Shown here piece after piece: positions 7,307 through 7,434 of a DNA stretch of 7,434 nt. Origin of the DNA: Octopus sinensis (taxonomy: Eukaryota); assembly GCF_006345805.1 (NCBI RefSeq), contig NW_021828865.1, positions 1-7,434 on the forward strand, in the 5' to 3' direction. Position numbers and translations under genes: made by a program. The notes below the pieces were generated by a model. That model made no database searches. It saw nothing but the letters and a program-made list of their open reading frames with translations, and was not told where the DNA came from. How positions within the stretch are numbered: the stretch's first letter is position 1; each line of letters begins with the position of its first letter.

Positions 7307-7353
7307 ATCATCATCATCATTATCATCATAGTAATAACAACAACAACAATAAT
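7307..7353 (+). repeat. Compound (ATC)n/(AAC)n/(AAT)n trinucleotide microsatellite at the LINE 3' junction
   Basis: Seen directly: atcatcatcatcattatcatcatagtaataacaacaacaacaataat. Confidence 0.9.
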
Positions 7354-7359
7354 TATTTT

Positions 7360-7434
7360 CTTTTATTCCTTTACTTGTTTAAGTCATTTCACTGCGGCCA
7401 AGCTGGAGCACCGCCTTTAGTCGAAGAAATCGAC
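7360..7434 (-). mobile_element. SINE family A 3' tail, copy 7 (continues beyond the window)
   Basis: ctttacttgtttaagtcatttcactgcggccaagctggagcaccgcctttagtcgaagaaatcgac is the reverse complement of the copy 3 tail. Confidence 0.9.

Overview
Repeat-dense, AT-rich eukaryotic non-coding DNA, most likely an octopus (coleoid cephalopod) intron or intergenic region. The organism is inferred from recalled similarity to octopus tRNA-derived SINEs and from the very high microsatellite load. No intact protein-coding gene is supported; most listed ORFs are translations of (TATG)n, (TACA)n, (TA)n or (AGAT)n tracts. The window holds seven clear fragments (plus one doubtful one) of a CORE-type tRNA-derived SINE, here called family A, in both orientations. 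It also holds one near-complete second tRNA-derived SINE (family B, minus strand), a probable decayed pogo/Tigger-like MITE (~2458-3004), and a 5'-truncated, frameshifted R4/Dong-clade non-LTR retrotransposon (~5761-7306) with RT C-terminus, CCHC knuckle and restriction-like endonuclease remnants. The best leads are a +/-/+ SINE triplet able to form alternative long dsRNA hairpins, conserved stem-loops in the SINE tail, the consistent association of SINE junctions with microsatellites, and an unexplained CpG-rich ~295 bp island (594-888). I found no convincing evidence for a novel biological system.
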